From NCBI GenBank assembly GCA_947501605.1, contig CANMWZ010000003.1, positions 64,001-128,000 on the forward strand: DNA of 64,000 bases, in the 5' to 3' direction. A program made the position numbers and the translations under genes. Of this stretch, positions 8,626-17,699 are shown in pieces (position 1 is the first letter of the stretch; every line of letters begins with the position of its first letter). This DNA comes from Planctomycetota bacterium (GTDB lineage: Bacteria; Planctomycetota; UBA1135; UBA2386). The notes under the pieces were generated by a model. It worked only from the letters and a program-made list of their open reading frames with translations, was not told where the DNA came from and made no database searches.

Positions 8626-9459
8626 ATGCGAACGCCGACGATCGAACCCAGCATCCTGATCGCTGCCCAGAAGGTTGCGATCGACAGCGTACTGCGCGCT
8701 GCGGCGACGGCGACGACGCGCGGACGCCCTCGGAACGCACGAACTGCTCGGCGCAAGGACGTCGGCGATTTCGTGACCGCGATCGACCTCGCCTGCGAAC
8801 GCATGCTCAAGAAGGAACTCGCTGCCGGCTTCCCAGAAGCAGGATTCCTCGGCGAAGAGACTGCATCCAGAGCGCTCGAACGCGACTTCGTTTGGGTCGT
8901 GGATCCGATCGACGGCACCAGCAACTTTGCGAACCGCTTGCCGCAGTGGTCCGTCGCAGTCGCCTTGGTCCATCGAGGATCACCCGTCGTGGCCGCCATG
9001 TGGTGCGAACCGGAAGGCGCGCTCTACACCGCAATCCGCGGCTTTGGTGCCCTGCGCAACGGCACACCGTTGCCGAAGGCAACACCGCGGTGGGATGACG
9101 GCTCGATCGTCGGCTGCCAGTGGCACCGCGGACAACAGCAGATGCAGTTCCTAGCAGCCTTGCAGCGCGACGGCGCCCGGATCCGCACCTTCGGTTGCAC
9201 AGTGGTGCAACTGGTCGATGTCGCCTGTGGCCGCCTCGATGGGAATGTGCAGCAGCAGGGCCGGGTCTGGGATATTGCCGCACCGGGCTTGTTGCTTGAA
9301 GAAGTCGGCGGGCTGCTCACCGACTGGCGAGGCAAGCCGGTGTTTCCGCTCAAGACGCTCACCCAGGGACACCTTCCGACCATTGGAGCCATGCCCAAGG
9401 TACACAGCAAAATCGTCGCACGCATGCGCTCGCAGCGCGTTGTCGTTCCGTCCAGGTAA
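8626..9459 (+). CDS. inositol monophosphatase family protein
   Basis: DFVT..D, GEE, WVVDPIDGTSNF and WDIAA motifs. Confidence 0.9.
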   Translation: MRTPTIEPSILIAAQKVAIDSVLRAAATATTRGRPRNARTARRKDVGDFVTAIDLACERMLKKELAAGFPEAGFLGEETASRALERDFVWVVDPIDGTSNFANRLPQWSVAVALVHRGSPVVAAMWCEPEGALYTAIRGFGALRNGTPLPKATPRWDDGSIVGCQWHRGQQQMQFLAALQRDGARIRTFGCTVVQLVDVACGRLDGNVQQQGRVWDIAAPGLLLEEVGGLLTDWRGKPVFPLKTLTQGHLPTIGAMPKVHSKIVARMRSQRVVVPSR

Positions 9460-9630
9460 CATACCCGCCAGCCGGTACGACGACCGACTGGGAGCATGCG
9501 CGCCGCCGGGGATCATCAGGAAGCTTGGCCCTGCTTTTGCGTGGATGAGTGTCAGAGGGTTGCTATCCTGCCGCCCTCGAACACTCGGCCAGCCAGGCCA
9601 ACCTGGCCGGCACCCTTGGAGCAATCGATC

Positions 9631-11754
9631 ATGAAGAAGCTCGTTCTTGCAGGCCTTTGCTGCGCCGGCGTCCTCGCGCTGCTGCCGCAGACCGGCAACG
9701 CCCACGGTGGTCAGTATCGTGGCCCTGGCGACGTTGTCCCGCCGAACCCCGGTGGCGGTCGTGGCGGTGGCCCTGGTGGCCCCGCAACTCCTGGCCCCGG
9801 TGGCCCCGCGACCCCTGGCCCTGGCGGTCCTGCAGCGCCTGGCCCGGCCGGGCCGGCGACAGGCGGGCCAGCGGGCCCCGCGGGCGGCAAGGGCCCAACG
9901 ACTGGTGGTCGAGGCATCCAACTCGAGGACGACCTCAACCTGTGGCAGTTCTGGTGGGAGTTCAACAAGGACCCGTTCATCCGCCTGCGCGACGCGATCC
10001 ACAGCAGCACCGCAGTGTCGGGTAGCGACGAGTTCTATCTCGGCGCCACCCGCAAGGTCGATGCCCAGGACACGATGAGTCCTTCGGAAGAAGATCGACT
10101 CAACGTCATCCTTCCGGCATTGAAGAAGGCGATCGACTCGACCGATGACCGCGACATCACGTCCTCGTGCATGGTCGCGATGGCCAAGGTCGGCCGCAAC
10201 CACAGCGAGTTCCGCCTGCACGACGTGTTTGCCGAGCGCTTGAAGCGCGGCGACCAGGAGATCCGCGAGACAGCGGCACTGTCCTTCGGCATCGCGGCAC
10301 TGCCCGAAGTCGAGAACATTGACCTGCTGGCGGGCTTGGCTCTCGACAACGAAGTCGGCCGAAAGGCGGGCAGCGGTGGTGAAGTCAATGACCGCACGCG
10401 CTCCTTCGCCTGCTACGGCCTGGGTCTCGTCGCCCATGCCAACGCCGACGTGACCCTGAAGCGCAAGGCTTTCGACGCTCTCCGCCAAGTCGTGGACGAC
10501 GACAAGAAGAGCAGCCGCAACACCAAGGTTGCCGCCATCACCGCCATCGGGCTGCTGAACGCATCGCCCACGGGCCCCACCGCGACTCCGGTAACCGGCA
10601 CAGAGACTCCTGCAGCTCCGGGCAGCGAAGACGGCCGCGCCCTGGTCGCCGAGGCTCTGAAGTGCCTTGAGGCTTACTACAATCGAGAACTCGGTTCGGG
10701 CGAGCAGGTGCTGCAATCCCATGCCCCGACTTCGATCGCCAAGCTTCTTGGTCGCGATTATCCCGACTCGAAGGTGGTCACCGACTACAAGAAGATGTTC
10801 TCCAATGACCTCGCCGACAAGGGCAAGGTGAAGCGCAGCAGCAACGACATCCCCCGCTCGTGCGTTTTGGCGCTTGGCCAACTCTGCAGCCCGATCGACG
10901 ACGAGAAGTCGGCCGACTTCGAGTTCGGCAAGCAGTTGCTCGAGACCTGGAAGAGCAACAAGGATCTGCAGACGAAGTACTTCGCGATGCTGGCATTGGG
11001 CCAGATTGGTGGCAAGTGGTGCCGGTCGCAGCTGCTCAAGGAGTTCGACAAGGCCGGCAAGGCCATCGAGCGCCCATGGGTCGCGATGGCGATGGGCGTC
11101 TACTCGTTCAAGAAGTACGAAGCCGATCAGGCCGCAGGCCGCACGATCGAGCTCGAAGAGGAGTTCGGCCGCACGCTGCGCGCCGGCCTCGCGGACGTCA
11201 AGGATCCGAGCGCCGTCTCTGGCCTTGCGGTCGGGCTCGGCCTCATCCGTTACGAAGCAGCTGCCGACGACCTCCGCGACCTCTTGGTCAAGAACCGAGG
11301 CAAGGATGACCTCGCCGGCTACCTCTGCATTGGGCTCGCATTGATGGGCGACAAGCGCGCGATGGTCGACATTCGCGACATCGCCGAGAAGGCACTGCGT
11401 CGCCCCGAATTGCTGCAACAGGCAGCAGTTGCACTGGGCAAGCTTGGCGACAAGGGTGTCGCCGACGAACTGCAGAAGCTGCTCGGCGATGGCGATGCCA
11501 CGCTGGCCACTTTGTCGGCAGTCGCTTCGGCGCTTGGCTTCATCGGCGATCGCCGCACGATCGAACCCTTGAAGCGCATGCTGCAGGATGAGCGCCTGAC
11601 GCCGCTGTCGCGTGCGTTCGCAGCGGTTGCTCTTGGCGGCGTCGGTGACAAAGAGAAGCTGCCTTGGAACAGCAAGATTGGCGTGAACATGAACTATCGC
11701 GCCTCGGTCGAGACGCTGACGGACAAGACCGCCGGCATCCTCGACATCCTCTGA
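9631..11754 (+). CDS. secreted HEAT-repeat protein with Gly/Pro-rich N-terminal linker
   Basis: GGAG SD; signal peptide MKKLVLAGLCCAGVLALLPQTGNA; GPGGPATP repeats; many ALALG.(L/I)GD-type HEAT repeats; strong codon bias. Confidence 0.85.
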   Translation: MKKLVLAGLCCAGVLALLPQTGNAHGGQYRGPGDVVPPNPGGGRGGGPGGPATPGPGGPATPGPGGPAAPGPAGPATGGPAGPAGGKGPTTGGRGIQLEDDLNLWQFWWEFNKDPFIRLRDAIHSSTAVSGSDEFYLGATRKVDAQDTMSPSEEDRLNVILPALKKAIDSTDDRDITSSCMVAMAKVGRNHSEFRLHDVFAERLKRGDQEIRETAALSFGIAALPEVENIDLLAGLALDNEVGRKAGSGGEVNDRTRSFACYGLGLVAHANADVTLKRKAFDALRQVVDDDKKSSRNTKVAAITAIGLLNASPTGPTATPVTGTETPAAPGSEDGRALVAEALKCLEAYYNRELGSGEQVLQSHAPTSIAKLLGRDYPDSKVVTDYKKMFSNDLADKGKVKRSSNDIPRSCVLALGQLCSPIDDEKSADFEFGKQLLETWKSNKDLQTKYFAMLALGQIGGKWCRSQLLKEFDKAGKAIERPWVAMAMGVYSFKKYEADQAAGRTIELEEEFGRTLRAGLADVKDPSAVSGLAVGLGLIRYEAAADDLRDLLVKNRGKDDLAGYLCIGLALMGDKRAMVDIRDIAEKALRRPELLQQAAVALGKLGDKGVADELQKLLGDGDATLATLSAVASALGFIGDRRTIEPLKRMLQDERLTPLSRAFAAVALGGVGDKEKLPWNSKIGVNMNYRASVETLTDKTAGILDIL
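9769..9861 (+). repeat. in-frame 24-bp tandem repeat (about 4 units) encoding GPGGPATP
   Basis: ggccctggtggccccgcaactcct / ggccccggtggccccgcgacccct / ggccctggcggtcctgcagcgcct / ggcccggccgggccggcgaca. Confidence 0.9.
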
Positions 11755-11794
11755 TCCAGCAGCGCAAGTCGCAGCCGCCCGCCGCGGTTGCGCT

Positions 11795-11829
11795 ACAGCG
11801 GGCAGTTGCGACACGCAACTGCCCGCTGT
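11795..11829. terminator. perfect 16-bp inverted repeat, likely terminator or stabilising hairpin between convergent genes
   Basis: ACAGCGGGCAGTTGCG-ACA-CGCAACTGCCCGCTGT, 40 nt after the HEAT gene stop and followed by CGTTT. Confidence 0.65.
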
Positions 11830-12056
11830 CGTTTGCGGAGGGTGCTAGCGGGAACCGGACCGAACGCACCGCAGCACGGAGGCTGCGTTTCACTGTGACA
11901 GCAACTTCTCGCAGTCGCGGCACCTGCATTGAGGAGACAGTCGGGGAGTGCCATTTGTGGCCCTCTACGACGCGGTGCCGAATGTCGTTGAGGACACCCA
12001 TCCCCCGCAGCCGTAGCTCATGGCCGAGGAAACGTTGCTTCGCCGTTCACTGTCAA

Positions 12057-14111
12057 CTACCGGCCGGCCGTTCTGACGCTTGCTGACGGCGAGCGGGGCG
12101 CCTGCGACATCCTGTAGCCGAACGCCAACGCGGCCAATAGCCCCACACTGGCGGCCGCAACTGCAACCCAACCATTGCGGCGCGCGACTGACGATGCTCT
12201 GCGGATTGGCTGGAGCTGCCTTTCGAGTTCGGCACGTTGGCTCACCAGCAGGGCCAAGAGCTGCTCCTTCGGTGAGAGCCTCATGGCAGCTTCAAACTCC
12301 AAGTCCGCGCTCTCCAGTTCCCGTAGCGACCAACGGGCCACGCCACACAGATACCGGAGGTAGGCACTGTCTCCCCGACTGCGCTCCGCCGCTGCGATCG
12401 TAGAGCGCGCATCCCCACGACGGAACGCGGCGTAAGCGGACGCCTCGGTGCTCTCCGTGGCTTCATCGCCCTGCATGACAACGAGGACCGCTCCGCCACG
12501 GGAATCGACGTACGAACCTTCCAGCAAGCTGTCGAGCCGCGGGCGATCATCGCAAAGCACATCGTCGTCGTCGCCGCGAACAAACGTAGTCCACTCCGCA
12601 GCGGTCGCTGCCGCGACGACCCGCCGCCATATGGCGAGGTCTCGCGATCCGAGGGACTCACTCCCGAACTTCCACTCGCCGATTCGCTTTGCGTCGATTG
12701 TGCCACCACGACGAGCGATGAGGAGCATGTTGCGCGAGTTAGGAACGTGCATCGCGGCAACGCTGTCGAAGACAACGGCCATCGTACGGGCAATCGCAGT
12801 GAGAACCGGATCCGCTGCGTCAAGCCCACCGACGTTGCACGCCACAACACCGCCGGGCTCGAGCCGCATTGCGCACTGTTCGAAGAACTCGCGGCTCGCG
12901 AGTTGTCCCGGGATGTAGACCTGGTGACTGTAGGCGTCGATGTGGATTGCGTGCCACTTGGCGTGGGATCGAGCCACGAACACCCTGCCGTCCATGTCAT
13001 CCACCACGACACCGGCTGCCCGTGTTCCGGGGAAGAAGGCGTCGCCGAGTTCCACGACCATTGGATCAAGTTCGACTGCATCTACTGTCGCGCCGGGATG
13101 AACGCCTGCGTAGATCCGCCGGATAGTCCCAGCGGCATCGCCAATCGACAGAGCGCGCATTCTATCGGGGCGACTACCGTCGCCGGCCACGATGGGCGCG
13201 ATCGCGTGGAAGTCATAGTAGGAGCTTGGTGGCTGCCCTTCGGTGCCATCACTAGTCAGTACAGCATCGGCAATCGCAACGGACTGGTAGGAGTCGAGGC
13301 CTTCGTTGATCTTCAACTCGGTGCGCGCAGCAGCACCATCGGTCCCAGGAACCCGAACGACGCGTAGATATTGGTAGGCGGATTCCCGCTCGGCAAGCAA
13401 CTCCTGCCCAGCCAACGGAGGCCGCAGAGGCCCCATTGGTACGATGGAAAGTCCAAAACACGCAGCGCTGACTACAAGCGCTGACGGGGACGCAATCAGC
13501 ACTGCCCTGGCGACGAGTAGCAAACCCGAGCAAAGGAGTAACGTGACGCGACAGCCGCACGTCGGCACCAGCCAGTGTGTAGCGAGGAAGGTGCCTACTA
13601 GACTTCCCACTGTTCCCGCTGCCGAGATAACACCAGCCGCACGACCAAGACTCGCCCCGCCGTGCGCGGCGCCGACCACCAGGCCTGGAGTCACAGCGCC
13701 CAGAACCCAAATGGCAGGCGCGAACAACACAATCGCCGCAACGAGCGATCCCCGCACCAGCGCGGGCATGGCTGCGTCGAGCGGTAGATCCTGAGGCAAC
13801 AGCCAGTCCCCGAGTACGGGAGAGAGCCACGGCACAGCAGCAACGAAGGCGGCCGCGAACAGCAGCAGTCGGCCTAGTGGACTCCCACCTGGTCGCTCGG
13901 CCAACGCACCGCCGCTCCAGGCACCCAGCGCGAGGGCCATCAGGATGACCCCGATCACATTGGTCCAGACGTACGCGGAATCGCCGAAGTAGGGCGCCAA
14001 CAACCGGACAGCCGTCAATTCAACGGCCATGCACGACACCCCGCAGAGGGCTGCAACTGCTGCGGCTCGATTCAGCGGCAGCGCGCTGCGGAGAGGGTCA
14101 CTTGCCAGCAC
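12057..14111 (-). CDS. fused membrane/spermidine synthase-like SAM-dependent transferase with C-terminal TPR-like region
   Basis: N-terminal TMs (E L..VRLLAPYFG.S..VW, G.VGSL.GTF); ESAYQYLRV; VELDP; DGRVF; IDAYS; EFF. Start approximate. Confidence 0.8.
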   Translation of the reverse strand: MLASDPLRSALPLNRAAAVAALCGVSCMAVELTAVRLLAPYFGDSAYVWTNVIGVILMALALGAWSGGALAERPGGSPLGRLLLFAAAFVAAVPWLSPVLGDWLLPQDLPLDAAMPALVRGSLVAAIVLFAPAIWVLGAVTPGLVVGAAHGGASLGRAAGVISAAGTVGSLVGTFLATHWLVPTCGCRVTLLLCSGLLLVARAVLIASPSALVVSAACFGLSIVPMGPLRPPLAGQELLAERESAYQYLRVVRVPGTDGAAARTELKINEGLDSYQSVAIADAVLTSDGTEGQPPSSYYDFHAIAPIVAGDGSRPDRMRALSIGDAAGTIRRIYAGVHPGATVDAVELDPMVVELGDAFFPGTRAAGVVVDDMDGRVFVARSHAKWHAIHIDAYSHQVYIPGQLASREFFEQCAMRLEPGGVVACNVGGLDAADPVLTAIARTMAVVFDSVAAMHVPNSRNMLLIARRGGTIDAKRIGEWKFGSESLGSRDLAIWRRVVAAATAAEWTTFVRGDDDDVLCDDRPRLDSLLEGSYVDSRGGAVLVVMQGDEATESTEASAYAAFRRGDARSTIAAAERSRGDSAYLRYLCGVARWSLRELESADLEFEAAMRLSPKEQLLALLVSQRAELERQLQPIRRASSVARRNGWVAVAAASVGLLAALAFGYRMSQAPRSPSASVRTAGR

Positions 14112-15510
14112 CGGTAGCCGCCGACTTGTTCTCGGGCTGCGGCACATTGACGCGGAACTCAACGGGGAACAGGAACTGAGTGTCGTACTTCTGAAGCATG
14201 CGCCGGAGCATGCTTGTGAAATCGCGGCCGCGCTTTTCCGTGATCGCCTTGTCGTTCACGACGATCGTCACCGGTTTGTCGAGGTCGACGATCGCATCGT
14301 TCAGCGACAGGATCACGGATTCGACGCCGGTGCATGTGACCTTGATGCGGTTCTGTTCTCGATCGGACTCGATCTCCACTCGCGGCTTCATTCCCTCTGG
14401 CGCGGTATGAACGGACACCATCTTCTCAATGGCCACCCAATAGGCCTTGCGGAACCGATCGTCGTTGGGCTCGATGATGATCTTCTTGCGGTTCACCACC
14501 CGCTTGGGCGTCGCCATCCATTTCTCGATCTCTGCCGCCGCAGCCAAGTAGGGATAGGCGTCCGTCGTCGTCAGGATCGTGCAGGAGGCGCCGTCAACCT
14601 TGTCGAGGCGCTCCTTCAGAGCGGAACATGCCGCGGCAGTCTCTGCCGAGGACAGCAACAAGAAGCTGGTGCCGCCGAGGCTCCCCAATCGCAGTTCATC
14701 TACTGGGATCGGGTGCCTGAGGATGACGCCGCTAAAAAGGTCTGGGAAGTGTGAGGCAAGGCGCATTGCGAAGCCCGTAGCGCCCTTGCCAGCATCGAGG
14801 AAGCGCTTCGACCGATCGACATTGTAGCTGCGCTGCGTGTCTCCGAACGACTGGATGAGCACCTCGATTCGCTGCCGCTCTTGACCCTCGGCTTCTGTCT
14901 TTGAGTAGTCGGGCATCGAGTCGAGCTCGACCTCCTTCGCCACCACGGGAATGTGCAGAATGGTGTCCCCAACGAGCGGACTCTTATCGGTCCACGTCGT
15001 GTCGAACCACTTCTTGCCATCGACCCACTCATTCTTCTCGTCGAGGCCTGGCACGAGCAGCAAGGCTCGGATGGAAGTCTCGGCCTTGTAGCTCTTGGGC
15101 ACGGACAACCAGTGGGCCGGAATGCCGTCTTTTGCATCCACCTTCCGCAATGACAGACCTGCTTTGCGATCGTAAGGGATCCCGTTGGCAAAGATGACCT
15201 CGAGGTCCGGGACCGACTTCAGCAGGTCGCCGTGCTTCTCCGACTGCCGCTTCCATTCGGTCAAGAAGGCTTCTTTCGATTGGTCGTAGGTCTTTTGGGC
15301 CTTCTCGCGCGCCTTCCCGACGACGCTAGGGTCGTCGTAGGCAATCTGTGCTTCCATGAACTTGGAGAGCTTCGCCTGCAGCGACTTCTGCTCGGCTGCG
15401 GCCAGTTTCGGTTGGGGATCCTGCACCGAGGGCGTCCAGTGCGTGGGCTCGGCATGAAGCATGGTTCCGAGAGCAGCGATCGTCAGCGAGGCAAGCAAGG
15501 GCATCAGCAT
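14098..15510 (-). CDS. secreted protein with degenerate alpha/beta-hydrolase-like domain
   Basis: Signal peptide; LSVPKSY and YNVDRSKRFL...LASHFPDLFSGV resemble esterase/phospholipase cores, but there is no GxSxG. Confidence 0.6.
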   Translation of the reverse strand: MLMPLLASLTIAALGTMLHAEPTHWTPSVQDPQPKLAAAEQKSLQAKLSKFMEAQIAYDDPSVVGKAREKAQKTYDQSKEAFLTEWKRQSEKHGDLLKSVPDLEVIFANGIPYDRKAGLSLRKVDAKDGIPAHWLSVPKSYKAETSIRALLLVPGLDEKNEWVDGKKWFDTTWTDKSPLVGDTILHIPVVAKEVELDSMPDYSKTEAEGQERQRIEVLIQSFGDTQRSYNVDRSKRFLDAGKGATGFAMRLASHFPDLFSGVILRHPIPVDELRLGSLGGTSFLLLSSAETAAACSALKERLDKVDGASCTILTTTDAYPYLAAAAEIEKWMATPKRVVNRKKIIIEPNDDRFRKAYWVAIEKMVSVHTAPEGMKPRVEIESDREQNRIKVTCTGVESVILSLNDAIVDLDKPVTIVVNDKAITEKRGRDFTSMLRRMLQKYDTQFLFPVEFRVNVPQPENKSAATGAGK

Positions 15511-15584
15511 CTCCGGTTCCTGTAGAGGTTCCGCCGACATACAACGGGGCGTAGAGCGGTCTACGAAACGCTCTCGGGCGCAGG

Positions 15585-16490
15585 TTAGCGTCCGCGGGCG
15601 CGGTTGTCAGGTTGTTGTTGCAGCACGGGCTTCCCTGCCCGTCGCAAGACCAGATCGATCACGGCCCGCCGTAGCAGCGCGGCACTTGGCCTAGTGGCGA
15701 GTGCCTGCTCTGCCCACGCTAGCGGGTCCACGACAGCGGACATGAGAACGCCATCGAGGACCAGATTGGTAATCGAGGGCCCCTCGCCAAGCTTTGCATC
15801 CAGAGCAAGGCTGCGCAGAAATGCAGCCCGAGCACCGGCCTGATCGCCGCTCACGCGCAGTAGCAGTCCATAATCGTTCCAGGTCCAAGGATCGCCGGGA
15901 GCCAGTTCGAGCGCCCGCTCATACGCATGCTTCGCGCCGACCAAATCGGCGGTGTGGCGGAGAGCGAGTGCGAGGTTGGCGAAGCGGGATGCGTGCGCAG
16001 GCAAGCCGCTCGCCAAGGCGTCGAACAGCCACAGCCCTTCCGCCGTAGAGCCAGATCGCAGCAAGTCGTCCGCAATGGGCAGGAGGAGCGCCTCATCCGC
16101 AGCGAGCACCCCCGCAAAGGCCGTTGGGTCGTCGACTCGTGCAGCCCTGGCTTGGGTGACGAACTCGTGCCCATCGCCGAGGGCGGCAAGACACCGAAGG
16201 TAGGTCGGAACGGAGTCACGATCCGTCCTGTTGGCTTCGCGCGCTGCACGGAACAGCCGGCATCCCTGCAGAAGATTGCCGGCGCGGTAGGCAACGACAA
16301 TGCTGCCCGCCAGCCGGTCGTCGCGATCTGGCCCCGGTGCGATTCGCAGGAAGTGCTGCAGGGCAGACTCGGCGGCAGCTGAATCCGGCAAACCGGCTGC
16401 AACTGCACGATCAAAATCGACCGCCTGCGCCGGCAGCCACGCAACGAGCAAGCCCAACGCGAGCGGCCGCATGCTCCGCAGGAGATTCAC
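15585..16490 (-). CDS. TPR-repeat protein with signal peptide
   Basis: NLALAL...AYERALELAPGD..WNDYGLLL...AF.RSL TPR pattern; GTGA overlap with the purM stop. Confidence 0.75.
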   Translation of the reverse strand: MNLLRSMRPLALGLLVAWLPAQAVDFDRAVAAGLPDSAAAESALQHFLRIAPGPDRDDRLAGSIVVAYRAGNLLQGCRLFRAAREANRTDRDSVPTYLRCLAALGDGHEFVTQARAARVDDPTAFAGVLAADEALLLPIADDLLRSGSTAEGLWLFDALASGLPAHASRFANLALALRHTADLVGAKHAYERALELAPGDPWTWNDYGLLLRVSGDQAGARAAFLRSLALDAKLGEGPSITNLVLDGVLMSAVVDPLAWAEQALATRPSAALLRRAVIDLVLRRAGKPVLQQQPDNRARGR

Positions 16491-17527
16491 ACCAGTTCGA
16501 CGGTCCGATCGCCGGCGATGATCTCACCCATGCGGAATGCCGGCTCCCCAATCCCGGCGAGACGCCGCTCGACAGCATCCGCGTTTTTGGCGTCAACGAT
16601 CAGCACCATGCCCACGCCCATGTTGAGCACGCGGTAGGCCTCGTCTCGCGAAACTTTGCCGCGCTGCGTGATCAACGTGCAGATGGGCAACTCAGGGATC
16701 ACTTCGACGCGAATGCGCGCACTCGTGCCCTTGGGCAGTACCCGAGGAACGTTGTCGTACAATCCACCGCCGGTGATGTGAGCCATCGCGTGCAGCAGGC
16801 CATCATGAACCAGCGGCAGCAGCGGCTTCAGATAGCTGCGGTGAACGGCTAGCAGAGCGTCACCAACGGACTTGCCGCGCAATTCGACGGGCTTGTCGGT
16901 CAAGGTGAGCCCCGCGTCGGTGAACAAGACCTTCCGCGCGAGGGAGTATCCGTTCGTGTGGAGACCTGAGCTCGAGAGACCGATCAGCACGTCGCCCTTC
17001 TTGACCGCCGCACCGTCGAGCAGGTGCTCCCGCGCGACCGAACCGACAATCGTGCCGGCAATGTCAATCTCGCCCGCCTGATACACGCCTGGCATCTCCG
17101 CCGTCTCACCACCGATGAGAGCGCAGCCATTCATCCGACACGCCTTGGCCAGCCCAGAGATCACCTGGTGCACACTCGGCGGGTGCATCTTTGACATGGC
17201 GATGTAGTCCAGGAAGAAGAGTGGCCTTGCTCCTTGGACCAGGATGTCGTTGACGCAGTGGTTCACTAGGTCCTCGCCCACCGTCGTGAAGTCGCCGTGC
17301 TTAGCAGCGATCATCACTTTGGTGCCGACCCCATCCGTGGAGGCCACGAGCAGCTCGCCGTTGGCGCCAGCCGCAGCAGGATCGAACAGTCCACCGAACA
17401 TGCCGATGTCGCCAACGACACCTTTCGTGAAGGTGGAACGAATGGCCTCGGTGGCGCCGGTCACAGCGGCGTACTTGAGGTCGATGTCGACCCCCGAGTC
17501 ACGGTAGGCAGGCGAGGCTTTGCTCAA
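16487..17527 (-). CDS. purM: phosphoribosylformylglycinamidine cyclo-ligase
   Basis: YRDSGVD, TDGVGTK, GGETAEMPG, SSGLHTNGYSL, AHITGGG and NMGVG. TTG start chosen from a GGAG SD. Confidence 0.97.
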   Translation of the reverse strand: MSKASPAYRDSGVDIDLKYAAVTGATEAIRSTFTKGVVGDIGMFGGLFDPAAAGANGELLVASTDGVGTKVMIAAKHGDFTTVGEDLVNHCVNDILVQGARPLFFLDYIAMSKMHPPSVHQVISGLAKACRMNGCALIGGETAEMPGVYQAGEIDIAGTIVGSVAREHLLDGAAVKKGDVLIGLSSSGLHTNGYSLARKVLFTDAGLTLTDKPVELRGKSVGDALLAVHRSYLKPLLPLVHDGLLHAMAHITGGGLYDNVPRVLPKGTSARIRVEVIPELPICTLITQRGKVSRDEAYRVLNMGVGMVLIVDAKNADAVERRLAGIGEPAFRMGEIIAGDRTVELV

Positions 17528-17699
17528 CGTCGTCTCCGCAGCAGGTGCGCCCGGCTTGCGAGATGCCAGCACGGGCGGACCAACATCATCAGTCCAGAAG
17601 GCCCCCTGAGCAACGGTTGTCACCAAGTCGGTTCGGTCGCTGCAACCGGGTGCCGTGCTGGCCAGAGCATTCTGTTGCCGTGCCCCTCATACTCGTCGC

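Noticed and set aside
9769..9861. Possible CRISPR or VNTR-like array
   Set aside because: The units are contiguous, in frame and vary at synonymous positions, with no spacers or cas genes. It is a protein linker repeat.
9151..11814. 887-aa minus-strand ORF antisense to the HEAT-repeat gene
   Set aside because: It is a codon-register mirror of a strongly biased high-GC gene, with no motifs. The plus-strand gene has an SD, a signal peptide and repeats.
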